Shown: positions 1 to 11,020, numbered from the stretch's first letter. The stretch is DNA of 35,431 nucleotides from Chiloscyllium plagiosum (GCF_004010195.1 NC_057719.1:85833103-85868533), one strand, 5' to 3'. The notes: generated from the letters alone by a model not told the origin. Program-made: numbers and translations.

Positions 1-88
1 TGCGCCCTAATTTTACTCACTAACCTCCTGTGTGGGACTTTATCAAAAGCTTTCTGAAAGTCCAGGTACACTACATCTACTGGATCTC
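1..88 (-). mobile_element. CR1-type LINE reverse transcriptase fragment (cut by window edge)
   Basis: Minus strand reads VDVVYLDFQKAFDKVPHRRLVSKIRA, the same RT motif as the CR1 at 3328-3996. Confidence 0.85.
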
Positions 89-454
89 TGCCCGTCAGTC
101 TGTCCTTACGATAACACGTGTATCCTTGAATATTTATTTCCCAGGCCCTGTCCACTTGAAGCCACGTCTCAGTTATCCCCACAATATCGTATCTGCCAAT
201 TTTTAAAAGAGCCTCAAGCTCATCCATCTTATGTCTAATGCTTCGTGCATTCATGTATAGTATTTTTAATTTGTTACTGCTCTCACCCTTCCCATCAACC
301 CTTATTTCACTCAACCTTACAGCATGATGCCTTTCCGAGTTTTCTGCCTCATTAATACAGTTGTCTTAATTGCAAGAATTGAAGAACGGATATCAACGAA
401 ACCACTGCCGGTGAATTCATGCGGGATCTAAGTACATAACCTTGTGGTTCTGTG

Positions 455-720
455 GCCATCTTCCTTCCCACCTCTCCACTCTCCTCTCCGACCTATCACT
501 TTCACCCCCATCTCCATCCACTCTCAGCGAGCTTCTCCCCGGCCCTATTCCCCTCCCTTTCATCTCTCCACCCCTTGGCCCACAAGCCTCATGCCTGATG
601 AAGGACGTATGCCCGAAATGTGGATTCTCCTGCTCCTCGGATGCTGTCTGACCGGCTGTGTTTTTCCAGCATCGCATTCTTCGACTCTGACCTCCAGCAT
701 CTGCCGTCCTCACTTTCTCC
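455..720 (+). mobile_element. Penelope-like element 3' tail with degenerate hammerhead motif (591-625)
   Basis: C/T-rich tract, then CTGATGA-A-GGACGTATGCCC-GAAATGTGGATT and a ctcctgctcctcggatgctg...ttttccagca tail shared with 2066-2163, 12886-12946, 14849-14935 and 21213-21436. Confidence 0.7.
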
Positions 721-1278
721 CTGCTCATATTCCTAGCAACCAAGCAGGTTTCGCTCATCTCAAGCTCGTATAAATGTGGTATTAATTTGTGAATGGTGGG
801 ATTGTAGTTCTAAGGTAAGCACACAGCGGGAATATCAGTACTCCCTTTTTTGCCTGCCATATTTCAATATTACATCCGCTGTTAAAAAAAAATTCAGCGT
901 TTCACCAAATCTCCGTCCATCTGGTCTCTCTGTCCTCATGCCAGAACCACCAACCATGCTCCCAGTTCTTGCTCCAAGTTGCATAAGAAGATACTCCTGA
1001 CTCTGGCATCAGACTGAAAAATCAATATCTATTATCCCCACCACATTTCTCTGCGCCGGTTATTTGAATGGCCCTCGTTTGCCCCATTCACGTGGCCACT
1101 TTGCTTACCTAACCTTGGGTCTGTGCACTCATCCGCACACAGCAAGAACCATGCACCGGTTGGATTTGGGCAAAGGCCAAAACACCTTCATGTTTACATC
1201 TCAAGCTCATGACTACCTGACTGGCGGTCACGCGGACTTCTTCTTGATTAAATAAACCTAACCTGAAGCGTGCAGTCA

Positions 1279-1375
1279 AAAGAGAAAATGCTGGAAAATC
1301 TCAGCAGGTTTGGCAGCATCTGTAAGGAGAGAAAAGAGCTGATGTTTCGAGTCTAACTGACCCTTTGTCAAAGCT
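1279..1375 (-). mobile_element. ~95-bp Penelope-tail-like insertion with hammerhead motif (U3-A8 variant) and target-site duplication
   Basis: Minus strand AGCT TTGACAA A GGGTC AGTTA GACTC GAAAC ATC AGCT followed by gatgctgccaaacctgctgagattttccagc; flanks ctgaagcgtgcagtca (1263-1278) and ctggagcgtgcaatca (1374-1389), 14/16 identical. Confidence 0.75.
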
Positions 1376-2065
1376 GGAGCGTGCAATCACCTTCTGGATT
1401 AAGTAGCTCTCCATCTCCCTCATAGTCCACAATGTCAGACCTCAGCTCTATGCTGAATTATTCTCGGTACGCAGACATTAACTCAAGAGGGGGTGGTGTC
1501 CAGTATTAGAGTGGTGTGCACAAATTCTCATTACATGCTCAAGCCCCCTGCATTCGCACGCATGCGCCTCCTTGCTTTGTTTGTTAGAGAAATTAAGCTG
1601 TATATGATTGATTGATTATCTTACAGAGTTTTGTTTTCTTTTTAAAGGAAATTCGCTTCATCCAGTTTATGTTATAGCAAGGCAACATTCAAGGTTTACA
1701 TGTATTATGACCATTGCAGTTTTTGGATGTTTCAAAAGCAAAACCTCTCTCTATCTCGAAACTGAATTTCCAGTCTCATCAAGTAGAAATTACTCAAGTA
1801 GAAAGGACTCACACACTAATTACCAGACAATATCAATCATCACAAACAATCCCACCATGTACTGATCCCTTTTTTATGCAATCCATTTATGGTCACTCCG
1901 TACAGTCATCGGCTCCAAGATTAGACTTCCAGAAATGTAAGGAGGTTTTATGGATGACTTGAGAAAAGAGTGCTCGTCTGATCAATGCTTCCTGTTGGAT
2001 TTAACCTCCCAGTCCTGAACAGTGGCATCAAAGTCACACTACCTCCACAGCCAGAACACTGCTTA

Positions 2066-2163
2066 GGCATTCCTGATGAAGGGCTTTTGCCCGAAACCTC
2101 GATTTACTGCTCCTTGGATGCTGCCTGAATTGCTGTGTTTTTCCAACACCAACTCTAATCTAG
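2066..2163 (+). mobile_element. ~98-bp Penelope-tail-like insertion with hammerhead motif and 10-bp TSD
   Basis: ATTC CTGATGA A GGGC TTTT GCCC GAAAC CTC GATT; flanks acactgctta (2056-2065) and acgctgctta (2164-2173). Confidence 0.75.
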
Positions 2164-2174
2164 ACGCTGCTTAA

Positions 2175-2582
2175 TTTCACCATGCCTCAGTTAATCGTAT
2201 CTATACTGCTGTTGCCTTTTGTCTTCACTATACCTACAGATGGCTGACCGGCCTCCCATCTTCAAACATCGGAACGCATCCTAAATCCTGCTGCCCATTT
2301 GTTAACTCTGAGCAAGGCTCATTTAACGTGTCACTCCTGTGCCTGATGACCTGTATTGCTTTCCAGTTGAGTATTGCCACAGTAAATAAAATGATACTTA
2401 AGTTACATGAACCGTGTACGTGTTATCAAATTTCCCATCGTCATGCCCTTCCCTATCTCTGGAACCTCCTTCAACTTTAAATCCATTATAAAGACAAGTT
2501 AGATATATCGATAAGTTATTTACAAATAACTTATCTAAGCGCTTCCATTTCTGATCGCTGGTGTATCCCAACTTTCATTTCT
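2175..2582 (+). mobile_element. Old L2-type LINE 3' region (left part, continues at 6927)
   Basis: gtcactcctgtgcctgatgacctgtattgc resembles the L2 C-terminal (H)ITPVLxDLHWLPV motif; ccctatctctggaacctcctt follows. Confidence 0.55.
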
Positions 2583-2589
2583 AAAACAC

Positions 2590-3145
2590 CGAAAAAAACC
2601 TGCGGATGCTGTAAATCAGAAACAAAGCTCAGCAGATCTGGCAGGATCTGTGCAGAGACATCAAAGTTAATGTTTCGGGTCCGGTGACCCTTCCTCAGAA
2701 CTGACGGTAGCTAGGAAAGTGTCGGTTTTCATGCTGAAGATAAGGTGTGGGGAGGGGCAAGCAGGAAATGATACGTGGGGATAGAGACGAAAGAGAGAGA
2801 AGAATACTTGGATAGACAAACGAGTCGATATTGATCTGGCTGGGATGGTGAATAGCTGTTAATGGAGACTGTTAGTGGCTAACAATAGGTAGTGTGCAAT
2901 GGCAGACGACGTGATAACAAGGCTTGGTGTGTGGGGTTGGGGGTTAGGACAGGAGTAAAAATTATTGAACTCGATATTGAGTCCGGAGAGCTGTAGCTGG
3001 AGCACTGCATGAAGCATGAGACAGAGGTGTTGGTCAGGAAGTCGGGTGGTGTGTTTAAAGTGGCAAGCAGCTGGAAGCTCGCGGGGTTTTTTTTGCAGGC
3101 TGAACCTAGATGTTCTGTGACACGATCACCCAGTCAACGCTTTGT
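2590..3145 (-). mobile_element. Degenerate Penelope-like element: GIY-YIG C-terminal remnant plus 3' tail with hammerhead motif (2665-2702)
   Basis: Minus strand has the remnant TKRxLGDR..EHL and GLNIEFNNF; tail homologous to 6606-6930; AGTT CTGAGGA A GGGTC ACCG GACCC GAAAC ATT AACT. Confidence 0.8.
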
Positions 3146-4255
3146 TTAGCCCATCTGGTCAAGATCCTGTTGTAATCTGAGGTAACCCTCTTTGCAGTCC
3201 ACTGCACCTCCAATTTTGGTGTCATCTGCAAACTTACTAACTGTACCTCTTATATTCGCATCCAAATCCTTTATGTAAATGACAAAAAGTAGAGGGCCCA
3301 GCACTGATCCATGTGGCACTCCACTGGTCACAGGCCTCCAGTCTGAAAGACAAGCCTCCACCACCACCCTCTGCCTCTACCTCTGAGCCAGTTCTGTATC
3401 CAAATGGCTAGTTCTCCCTGTATTCCGTGAGATCTAACCTTGCTAATCAGTCTCCCATGGGGAACCTTGTCGAACACCTTACTGAAGTCCATATAGATCA
3501 CATCTACTGCTCTGCCCTCATCAATTGTCTTTGTTACTTCTTCAAAAAACTCAATCAAGTTTGTGAGACATGATTTCCCATGCACAAAGCTATGTTGACT
3601 ATCCCAAATCAGTCCTTGCCTTTCCAAATACATGTACATTCTGTCCCTTAGGATTCCCTCCAACAACTTGCCCACCACCGAGGTTAGGCTCACCGGTCTA
3701 TAGTTCCCTGGCTTGTCTTTACCACCCTTCTTAAATAGTGGCACCATGTTTGCCAACCTCCAGTCTTCCGGCACCTCACCTGTGACTATTGATGATACAA
3801 ATATCTCAGCAAGAGGCCCAGCAATCACTTCTCTAGCTTCCCACAGAGTTCTCGGGTACACCTGATCAGGTCCTGGGGATTTATCCACCTTTACCCTTTT
3901 CAAGACATCCAGCATTTCCTCCTCTGTAATCTGGACATTTTGCAAGATGTCACCATCTATTTCCCTACAGTCTATATCTTCCATATCCTTTTCCACAGTG
4001 ATGCAAAATATTCATTTAGTATCTCCCCCATTTTCTATGGCTCCACCTTGCTGATCTTTGAGGGGCCCTATTCTCTCCCGAGTTACCCTTTTGTCCTTAG
4101 CATTTTTGTAATAACCCTTTGGATTCTCCTTAATTCTATTTGCCAAAGCTATCTCATGTCCCCGTTTTGCCCTCCTAATTTCCCTCTTAAATATACTCCT
4201 ACTTTCTTTATACTCTTCTAAGGATTCACTCGATCTATCCTATCTATACCTGATG
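3146..4255 (-). mobile_element. CR1/HER1-like LINE ORF2 (RT) fragment, frameshifted
   Basis: ORFs 3328-3996 and 3146-3367: KSPGPD, NYRPVSLTSVVGKLLE, MDFSKVFDKVPH, SGVPHGSVLGP, KFADDTK. Confidence 0.95.
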
Positions 4256-4299
4256 GGATGGTAAGTAAGGACAAGGGGAATCCTATGGCTGTTGTGGCC

Positions 4300-4655
4300 T
4301 TATGGAGATTCATAAAATCATGAGGGGCATGGATAAGGTAAATAGACAAGGTCTTTTCCCTGGGGAGTCCAGAATTAGAGACATAGGTTTAAGATGAGAG
4401 GGGTAAAATTTTAAAATTTAAGGGGCAACATTTTCACAAGAGGATGGAATGAGCTGCCAGAGGAAGTGGTGGAGGGTGGTACAAATGCAGCATTTAAAAG
4501 GCATATCGATAGGTATATGAAGAGAAAGGGTTGAGAGGGATATGATCCAAGGACTGGCAAATGGGAGTAGAATAGTTGAGGATATCTGGTCAGCATGGAT
4601 GAGTTGGACCGAAGGGTCTGTTTCTGTACTGGACATATCTATGACTTTATGACTC
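4300..4655 (+). mobile_element. CR1/HER1-like LINE 3' end
   Basis: Same tail as 9171-9658, ending ttggaccgaagggtctgtttc...ctatgactttatgact. Confidence 0.9.
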
Positions 4656-4656
4656 C

Positions 4657-5206
4657 AGAAAAAGACTTTGTCTATTGATCCTATCCATGCCCCTCATAAT
4701 TTTGTAAACCTCTATGAGGTCACCCTCCCCAACCTCCGATGCTCCAGGGAAAACAACCCCAGCTTGTTCAGCCTCTCCCCATAGCTCAAATTCTCCAACC
4801 CTGGCAATACTCTTGTAAAGCTTTTCTGAACCCTTTCAGGTTTCACAACATCCTTCCGATAAGAGAGAGACCAGAATTGCACACAATATTCCAAAAGTGG
4901 CCTAACCAATGTCCTGTACAACCGCAACATGACCTGCCAACTGCTATACTCAGTGCTCTGACCAATAAAGGAAAGCATTCAAAACGCCTTCTTCACTGTC
5001 CTATCTACCTGCAACTCCACTTTCAAGGAACTATGAAGCTGCACTCCAAAGTCTCTGTTCAGCAACACTCCTCAGGACCTTATTATTAAGTGTATAAGTC
5101 CTGTTCTGATTTGCCTTTCCAAAATGCAGCAGCTCTCATTCATCTAAATTAAACTGCCACTCTTCAGCCCATTGACCCATCTGGTCAATATTCCATGGTA
5201 CTCTGA
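4657..5206 (-). mobile_element. CR1/HER1-like LINE ORF2 C-terminal fragment
   Basis: ORF 4712-4978 LYRTLVRPLLEYCVQFWS...ERVQK. Confidence 0.9.
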
Positions 5207-5515
5207 AGCAGCACTTTACCTGCACTTCTCATAATCTGGTCTACTGCAATTGCTGCCTTCTCTACAGTGGGGAATTGATGTGTAAACTGGGTGACTGCTT
5301 CACGGAAGATCTACGTTCTGAGTTACTCATAGTCAGCCCCACACCACCCTATTCCATAGCCAGCATTATTGTCTCAGGCTTGCCGCAATGCTCCAGTGAA
5401 ACTCAGCCCAAGCTGGAAGAACAACACCTCATTTTCAATTTGGTGACTCTGCAGCACTCTGGACTTAATATTGAGCTCAATAATTTACAGGCCTGCACTC
5501 CCCCATGTCCTCGGC
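5207..5515 (+). mobile_element. Degenerate Penelope-like GIY-YIG endonuclease fragment
   Basis: QHFTCTSHNLVYC..LY.GE..KLGDCFTEDLRS...KLEEQHLIFNLVTLQHSGLNIELNN; homologous to 2950-3145. Confidence 0.8.
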
Positions 5516-5519
5516 CTTA

Positions 5520-6600
5520 TAACATAGAACAGTACAGCACAATACAATCCTTTGGCCCTTGATATTGTGCTGGCATTTTATCCTACTCTAAGATCAGACT
5601 AACCTACATAACCTTCATTGTACTAATTTCCATCTGCCTATCTAAGAGTCACTTAAATGTGCCTGACTCTACTACCACTGCTGGAAGTGCATTCCATGCA
5701 ACCACCATTCTCTGAGTAAAAAACCTCTGACATCTCCCCTAAACCTTCCTTCAATTAGCTTAAAATTATGCCCCCTTGTGATAGCAATTTCTGCCCTGGG
5801 AAAAAGTCCCTGGCTATCCACTCTATCGCTGCCTCTCAACATCTTGTACACCTCTATCAAGTCACCTCTCATCCTTCTTCACTCTAATGAGAAAAGTCCT
5901 GGCTCTGTCAACCTTTCTTCATAAGACAAGCCCTCCAGTCCAGTCAGCATCCTGGTAAGTCTCCTCTGCACCATCTCTAAACCTTCCACAATTTTCCTAT
6001 AATGAAGCGACCAGAACTGAACACAATATTCCAACTGTGGTCGAACCAGGACTTTATAGAGCTGCAGCATAACCTCGCCGCTCTTAAACTCAATCCCCCA
6101 CCTAACAAATGCCAACACACCATTCGCCCTCTTAACAACCCTATCAACCTGGGTGGCAACTTTGAGGGATCTATGGACATGGACTCCAAGATCCCTCTGT
6201 TCCTCCACACTGCCTAAAATCCTGCCTTTAACCCTGTATTCTGCATTCAAATTCGACCTTCTAAAGTGAATGGTTTCACACTTTTCCAGGTTGAACTTCA
6301 TCTGCTACTTATCAGCCCAGTTCTGCATCCTGTCAAAGTCTGGTTGCAACCTATAACGACCCTCGACACTCTTCACAACTCCACCAACCTTTGTGTCATC
6401 GGCAAATTTACTAAACCACTCTTCCACATCTTCATCCAAGTCACTCATAAAAATCATAAAGAGCAGAGGTCCCAGAACCAATCCCTATGGAACACAACTG
6501 GTCACCGAGCTCCAGACTGAATACTTTCCATTTACTACCCCCCTCTGTCTTCTCTGGGTCAGCCAATTCTGTATCCAGACAGGTTTCCCTGTATCCTATG
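5520..6600 (-). mobile_element. CR1-type LINE 3' ~1.1 kb inserted into the Penelope tail
   Basis: SKFADDTK, ORF 5879-6301 (LYKVLVRPQLEYCVQFWS), RGDLIEVYK, tail ending tgttctatgtt. Confidence 0.93.
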
Positions 6601-6605
6601 CCTCC

Positions 6606-6930
6606 CATGCCGTGTTATCACATAGTCCATCATTACATACTACCTGTTGTTAGCCACTAACAGTCTCCATTAATAATTATTCACCCTTCCAGCCAAATCG
6701 TTATCGACTCCTTTGTCTGTTCGACTAATCTTTTATCTTTGGGCTGTATCCTTATCTATCGTTTACTGCTTGCACCATTCCCCCGCCCCCATCCCCCTGC
6801 CGCCCCCGCTCCCACACCCTACCTTCTTCACAGAAACCGACATTTTCCTCGCTACCATCAGTTCTGAGGAAGGGTCAACGGATTCGAAATGCTAACTTTG
6901 ATTTCTCTTGCTGTCAGATCTGTGAGCTTT
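6606..6930 (+). mobile_element. Penelope-like 3' tail (continuation of 5207-5515) with degenerate hammerhead (6860-6897)
   Basis: ttagccactaacagtctccattaa shared with the 2590-3145 copy; AGTT CTGAGGA A GGGTC AACG GATTC GAAAT GCT AACT. Confidence 0.8.
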
Positions 6931-7185
6931 AATTTCTCCGCCAATAGTGGCGATAGCTCCAGCTGTGGAGACCTTAGCCTCTGGAATCCCTCTCCGCCTA
7001 ACGTCCTATGTAATCTAAAGCAATGATGTCCCAGAAAGAAATCCTCCCATTTTGAGTAAGGTTTTAGTCATCTGACCTAACATCTCTGTAGGTGATGCAA
7101 TTTTGAATTTTGCTCGATATTTCTCGGTGAAATGGCTTACGGCATTCCACGGCTTTAAGCGCTTTGTATAGGAACACATTTCAAT
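6927..7185 (+). mobile_element. Old L2-type LINE 3' tail (right part)
   Basis: ggcgatagctccagctg...ctctggaatccctc is an L2-type C-terminus (..LWN.LP); tail ends aagcgctttgtata. Confidence 0.55.
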
Positions 7186-7439
7186 TTTGGATACCACTTT
7201 TGTAAATAACTTTCCAATCTTCTCCAGTGCCTTTCATAGCGCGGAGATTCGTAAATCAAACCAATTGTGATGATTAACAGCCTACATGTTAACACAAGCT
7301 GCTTCTATTCGGATTAGTAGCAGCAAAGAATTGCTGATCCCAGCCGCTCACTGGAAGGTGTACGTAATAGTTGCTAAACTAGGAATTCTTAATGATCATT
7401 GGAAACAGCGAACAATGCAAATACATTATCAGGATCTCT

Positions 7440-7930
7440 GAACAAATTGCATTTTATAGCGCCTTTAAACTTTCAACTCATCTCTACGCTCTTTGCGGGG
7501 AAGAGTATTAAATAGAATTAAATGTCGAGCAAGGTCAGGGGGTGTTATGGCATAATCAAGAGACAGTAAGTAGCACTTTCAGGAGGGCTGAGAGGTAGAT
7601 AGCTAGGTTAAGAGAGGCAATTGGAGTACTTAAGACCAATACAACTGAGGCACAATCACCAATTATCAAATCGATTCAAGATGATTAAAGTCGATGTGCC
7701 CATGAAGCCAAACATGAAGGAGTGCAGGTAGTGCGGAGAAGTCGAGAGGTTCATGTTATTGGCAGAGACCAGGTCACAGAGGACTTTTAAAAAACCGTTT
7801 ATGCTGTTGCTTAACTTACGCTAATGTAAATCGCTGAGCATACGCTTGATGGGCAGTGGGAATATTTTGAGTGCGTTTATAGGTATCAGATTTCTGGGTG
7901 GGCTTAATTTTATGGACGAGTTAGTTGGAA
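7440..7930 (-). mobile_element. Old L2-like LINE tail
   Basis: ttgcattttatagcgccttt is the reverse complement of an L2-type 3' terminus (aaaggcgctataaaatgcaa); the rest is degraded. Confidence 0.45.
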
Positions 7931-8230
7931 GTATGTTGTACTAATAAAATTTAGCACTTATTATTCAAAATAATCTTTATAATGGAAAACGGCGATAGCG
8001 CCACTTCATTACAGAAGAATTATATGACAAATTATGTGAAAATTAATACAACTGGGTGATGTTGTAGCTCACATTTAAAGAGTCGCATCAAACCGCTCAG
8101 GTCCACTGAATCCAACTTAATGTCCATCTCAAGTTGGGCACATTGTTACACTACCACACTCTACACTACCTGAAATGATGTGACTCCCTCTCCTAAGCAC
8201 ACGTCTGTCCACGTTGTAATGAATAGGATG

Positions 8231-8420
8231 GACGTTTGTGCACCAATTGCTCACCTCACACTGCACAATTCACCAGACTCCCTACGGTCACCCACGACCC
8301 TGAGATTAAGAGTCTCATGCTCTACCGACTGAGCTAGCCGGGCACTCCACGTAGGTGTCGACGTTTGTGCACCAAGTGCTCACCTCACACTGCACAATTC
8401 ACCAGACTCCCTACGGTCAC
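8231..8420. repeat. 61-bp direct repeat (8231-8291 and 8360-8420, one mismatch) bracketing a tRNA fragment
   Basis: gacgtttgtgcaccaa[t/g]tgctcacctcacactgcacaattcaccagactccctacggtcac occurs twice. Confidence 0.97.
8290..8343 (-). pseudogene. 3'-truncated tRNA-Lys(CTT) copy (first 54 nt; rest of T-loop, 3' T-stem strand and 3' acceptor strand missing)
   Basis: Minus strand GCCCGGCTAGCTCAGTCGGTAGAGCATGAGACTCTTAATCTCAGGGTCGTGGGT matches the vertebrate tRNA-Lys-CTT 5' part as I recall it; anticodon CTT; A box intact, B box cut. Confidence 0.93.
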
Positions 8421-9170
8421 ACTACAGAATTCATAGGATCTAGTCCACCCATTCCTGCTCACAGCCTAATTGACACATTTCCCTACATTCACCACGCTCT
8501 ACACACGTGACGTACCACCTTGCCGCACATGGGACTCTACATACCGCGTTGTCCATACACACCACATCGTCTACATACATCCCAACGTACACACCACACT
8601 GTCTCACCTCCTTCTCCGTGTTTCATTTTATTTGCCCGCAAGGTTCAAACGCAACGTTTCGGAAGTCATATTCAGCTGACCACGGTGCACTATCCCATCC
8701 GACTCTCACTGAATCAAACGTTCACCCAACTCACACTGTTTCCGATGGAGACAGCGTTCAATTTCTCTGACGTAAATGCACTTGTGCAGAAACACATTTC
8801 CTTCCTCACAATTCCTTTGAGCGCACAGACTGCAAGCTTGCTTCTGTTTAAGCAGAGGTGATAGGGGAAATTGATTGAATGAAATGCTTGTCGTGGGGAA
8901 ATGACCCAGCAAAGGATAAACTGCAAACTTCTACAACTCAATCGAAGCGCGAGAAATTCTATGCCTTGAGTTTAAAGACCATTTGTAAAATACTGTATAC
9001 AGGCTTGCCCGATTCCTCTAAAAACGCTTTCATCGTCTCACGCATTGCCATTGGAAATGATGTTTAATTAAATGAACTCCCAGGTCCATTACCTTGAACA
9101 AGATCCGAAATACTAGCTTCTCTGTCCGTTACAGAAATCTGCAATGTTTTTTCACCTTGACTTCTGCCTC

Positions 9171-9658
9171 AAGATGTTGTGAAACTTGAAAGGGTTCAGA
9201 AAAGATTTACAAGGATGTTGCCAGAGGATTTGAGCTATTGGGAGAGGCTGAACAGGCTGGGGCTGTTTTCCCTGGAGCATCGGAGGCTGAGGGGTGACCT
9301 TATAGAGGTTTACAAAATCATGAGGGGCATGGATAGGGTAAATAGACAAAGTCTCTTCCCTGGGGTCGGGGATTCCAGAACTCGAGGGCAGGGTCAGAGG
9401 GGAAAGATATAAAAGTGACCTAAGGGCAACTTTTTCACACAGAAGGTGATAGTGTATGGAATGAGCTGCCCGAGGAAGTGATGGAGGCTGGTATAATTGC
9501 AACATTTGAAAGGTATTTGGATGGGTATATGAATAGGAAGGGTTTGGAGGGATATGGGCTGGATGCTAGCAGGTAGGACTAGATTGGGTTGGGATATCTG
9601 GTTGGCATGGACGGGTTGGACCGTTTCCATGCTGTACATCTCTATGACTCTATGACTT
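9171..9658 (+). mobile_element. CR1/HER1-like LINE 3' end, 5'-truncated
   Basis: KLERVQKRFTRMLP...RGDLIEVYKIM; (ctatgact)n tail. Confidence 0.92.
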
Positions 9659-10146
9659 TAAGTGCATGTAATCTACTCTCACAGGACCGCTACAGTGGCT
9701 CACCACCGCCAGCCTCATGCTACTAATTTACATCCATGTTGACCTAAAATTCGCAATATTCCCTTTCTGCTGCTCATTAGATTTGATCGCCTTATTGCAA
9801 GTCTCACGCAATATGCAGTTGAATCAGATGTTATTTCAGTCAACCAGCTTTCTTAGTCACATTTCTCTAGCAACTAACATGACCATAGTCAGCGCTTTTA
9901 CTTATTTCAAAGCCTACTGTTATTATTTAGACGACTACCATTTTATAACGTTTGCATCTATTTCCTCACCAGTGTAATCAGCATCTGATTACCACCTACG
10001 TGTTTCAGATAAAGCAGTGCTGACCAATCTTGTGAGTGCCTCTGAGCAGCTTGCATTTGGAAATCTACCTGCACTGCATGATTCTCAACGATTCACTAAT
10101 TCATGCTAAAAGGGTGCAAATGCACTCTTTTCCCAAAATGGAGGGT

Positions 10147-10260
10147 TTTTTTTATTCATTCGTGAGATATGGGCATCGCTGGCTGACCAGCATTTAACGC
10201 CCGCCTCAAGTTGCCCTTGATGTGGTAGCCAGTGAGTTTCTGAACAATAGCCACCCTCCT
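10147..10260 (-). mobile_element. Degraded LINE-derived 3' end
   Basis: ttattcattcgtgagatatgggcatcgctggc...agcattt...ttgcccttga resembles a common shark LINE terminus in reverse orientation (from recall). Confidence 0.45.
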
Positions 10261-10807
10261 GCACTTGAATAATTCTTGTGGCATTCCACTATCTGTCAAA
10301 ATGTTACTCCAAAGTGGCATTGGTGACTCCTTGGCATTGATCAAGGGTAAGTGTAGCCAGAAAGCAATGTGATAGTGATTCAGTGGAGTTATTGCACACT
10401 GTGGATTCTTGTTTCAGATGATTGTTGAAGTTGTTCTGTCCAAAGCGACAGAATCTCATACCTATTCAGTAGTTGCTTTTGCTATGTACAGAGAGGATGG
10501 CTATCATAACATTAGTTTCACCATGGATCAATGGAGCTTTCAGTTCTTGATTTTCTCGGCAGGTTCTCAAAGCTCTGAGGCTTGCTCTCACTGTTTGTTC
10601 TCCCTTTCCTTAGTTTGGCCCGCAGAGTGTGCATTGTTTGATTGCATCTGGCATTTCTGTCAGGTTCACATGTGTGGAATTTATGAGCATTTTGAACTTC
10701 ATGTCGCAGATTAACCATGCCTTAGTTCTTTCATTTGGCTAACGAAAGGACCTGAAATGCTGTGCAAATGAGTGAATTCCAAGAATGGTCAGTATCAATG
10801 CTATTGT

Positions 10808-11020
10808 CTGGGATGGACAAGATCAGAAATCACACGACCCCAGATGATAATCCAACTGGTTTATTTGAAATCACAAGCTTTCGGTGTGTCGGCTCCTCTT
10901 CAGGTGAAGAGGCTACACACTGAAAACCTGTGATTTCAAATAAACCTGTTGGACTATAACCTGGAGTCACGTCAATTCTGATGTTGCCCAGCCCTGTCCA
11001 ACACCACCACCCCCACATCA
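10808..11020. mobile_element. Fold-back Penelope-tail element; hammerhead motif on minus strand 10872-10906
   Basis: Diverged inverted arms centred on cctcttca-gg-tgaagagg; minus strand CAC CTGAAGA GGAG..CACC GAAAG CTT GTG; arms related to 12655-12799. Confidence 0.75.

Noticed and set aside
376..408. ttgaagaacggatatcaacgaaacc as another hammerhead
   Set aside because: Stem II barely pairs and there is no NUH or stem I; too degenerate to support.
3328..3996. 222-aa ORF (longest in the track) as a host gene or active LINE
   Set aside because: It is a frameshifted, truncated CR1 RT fragment with no endonuclease domain or 5' end.
8290..8343. Functional tRNA-Lys gene
   Set aside because: No complete T arm, B box or 3' acceptor strand, and I did not find the missing part nearby.
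8231..8420. CRISPR-like repeat-spacer-repeat
   Set aside because: Only two 61-bp repeats, a eukaryotic context with no cas genes, and the spacer is a host tRNA fragment.
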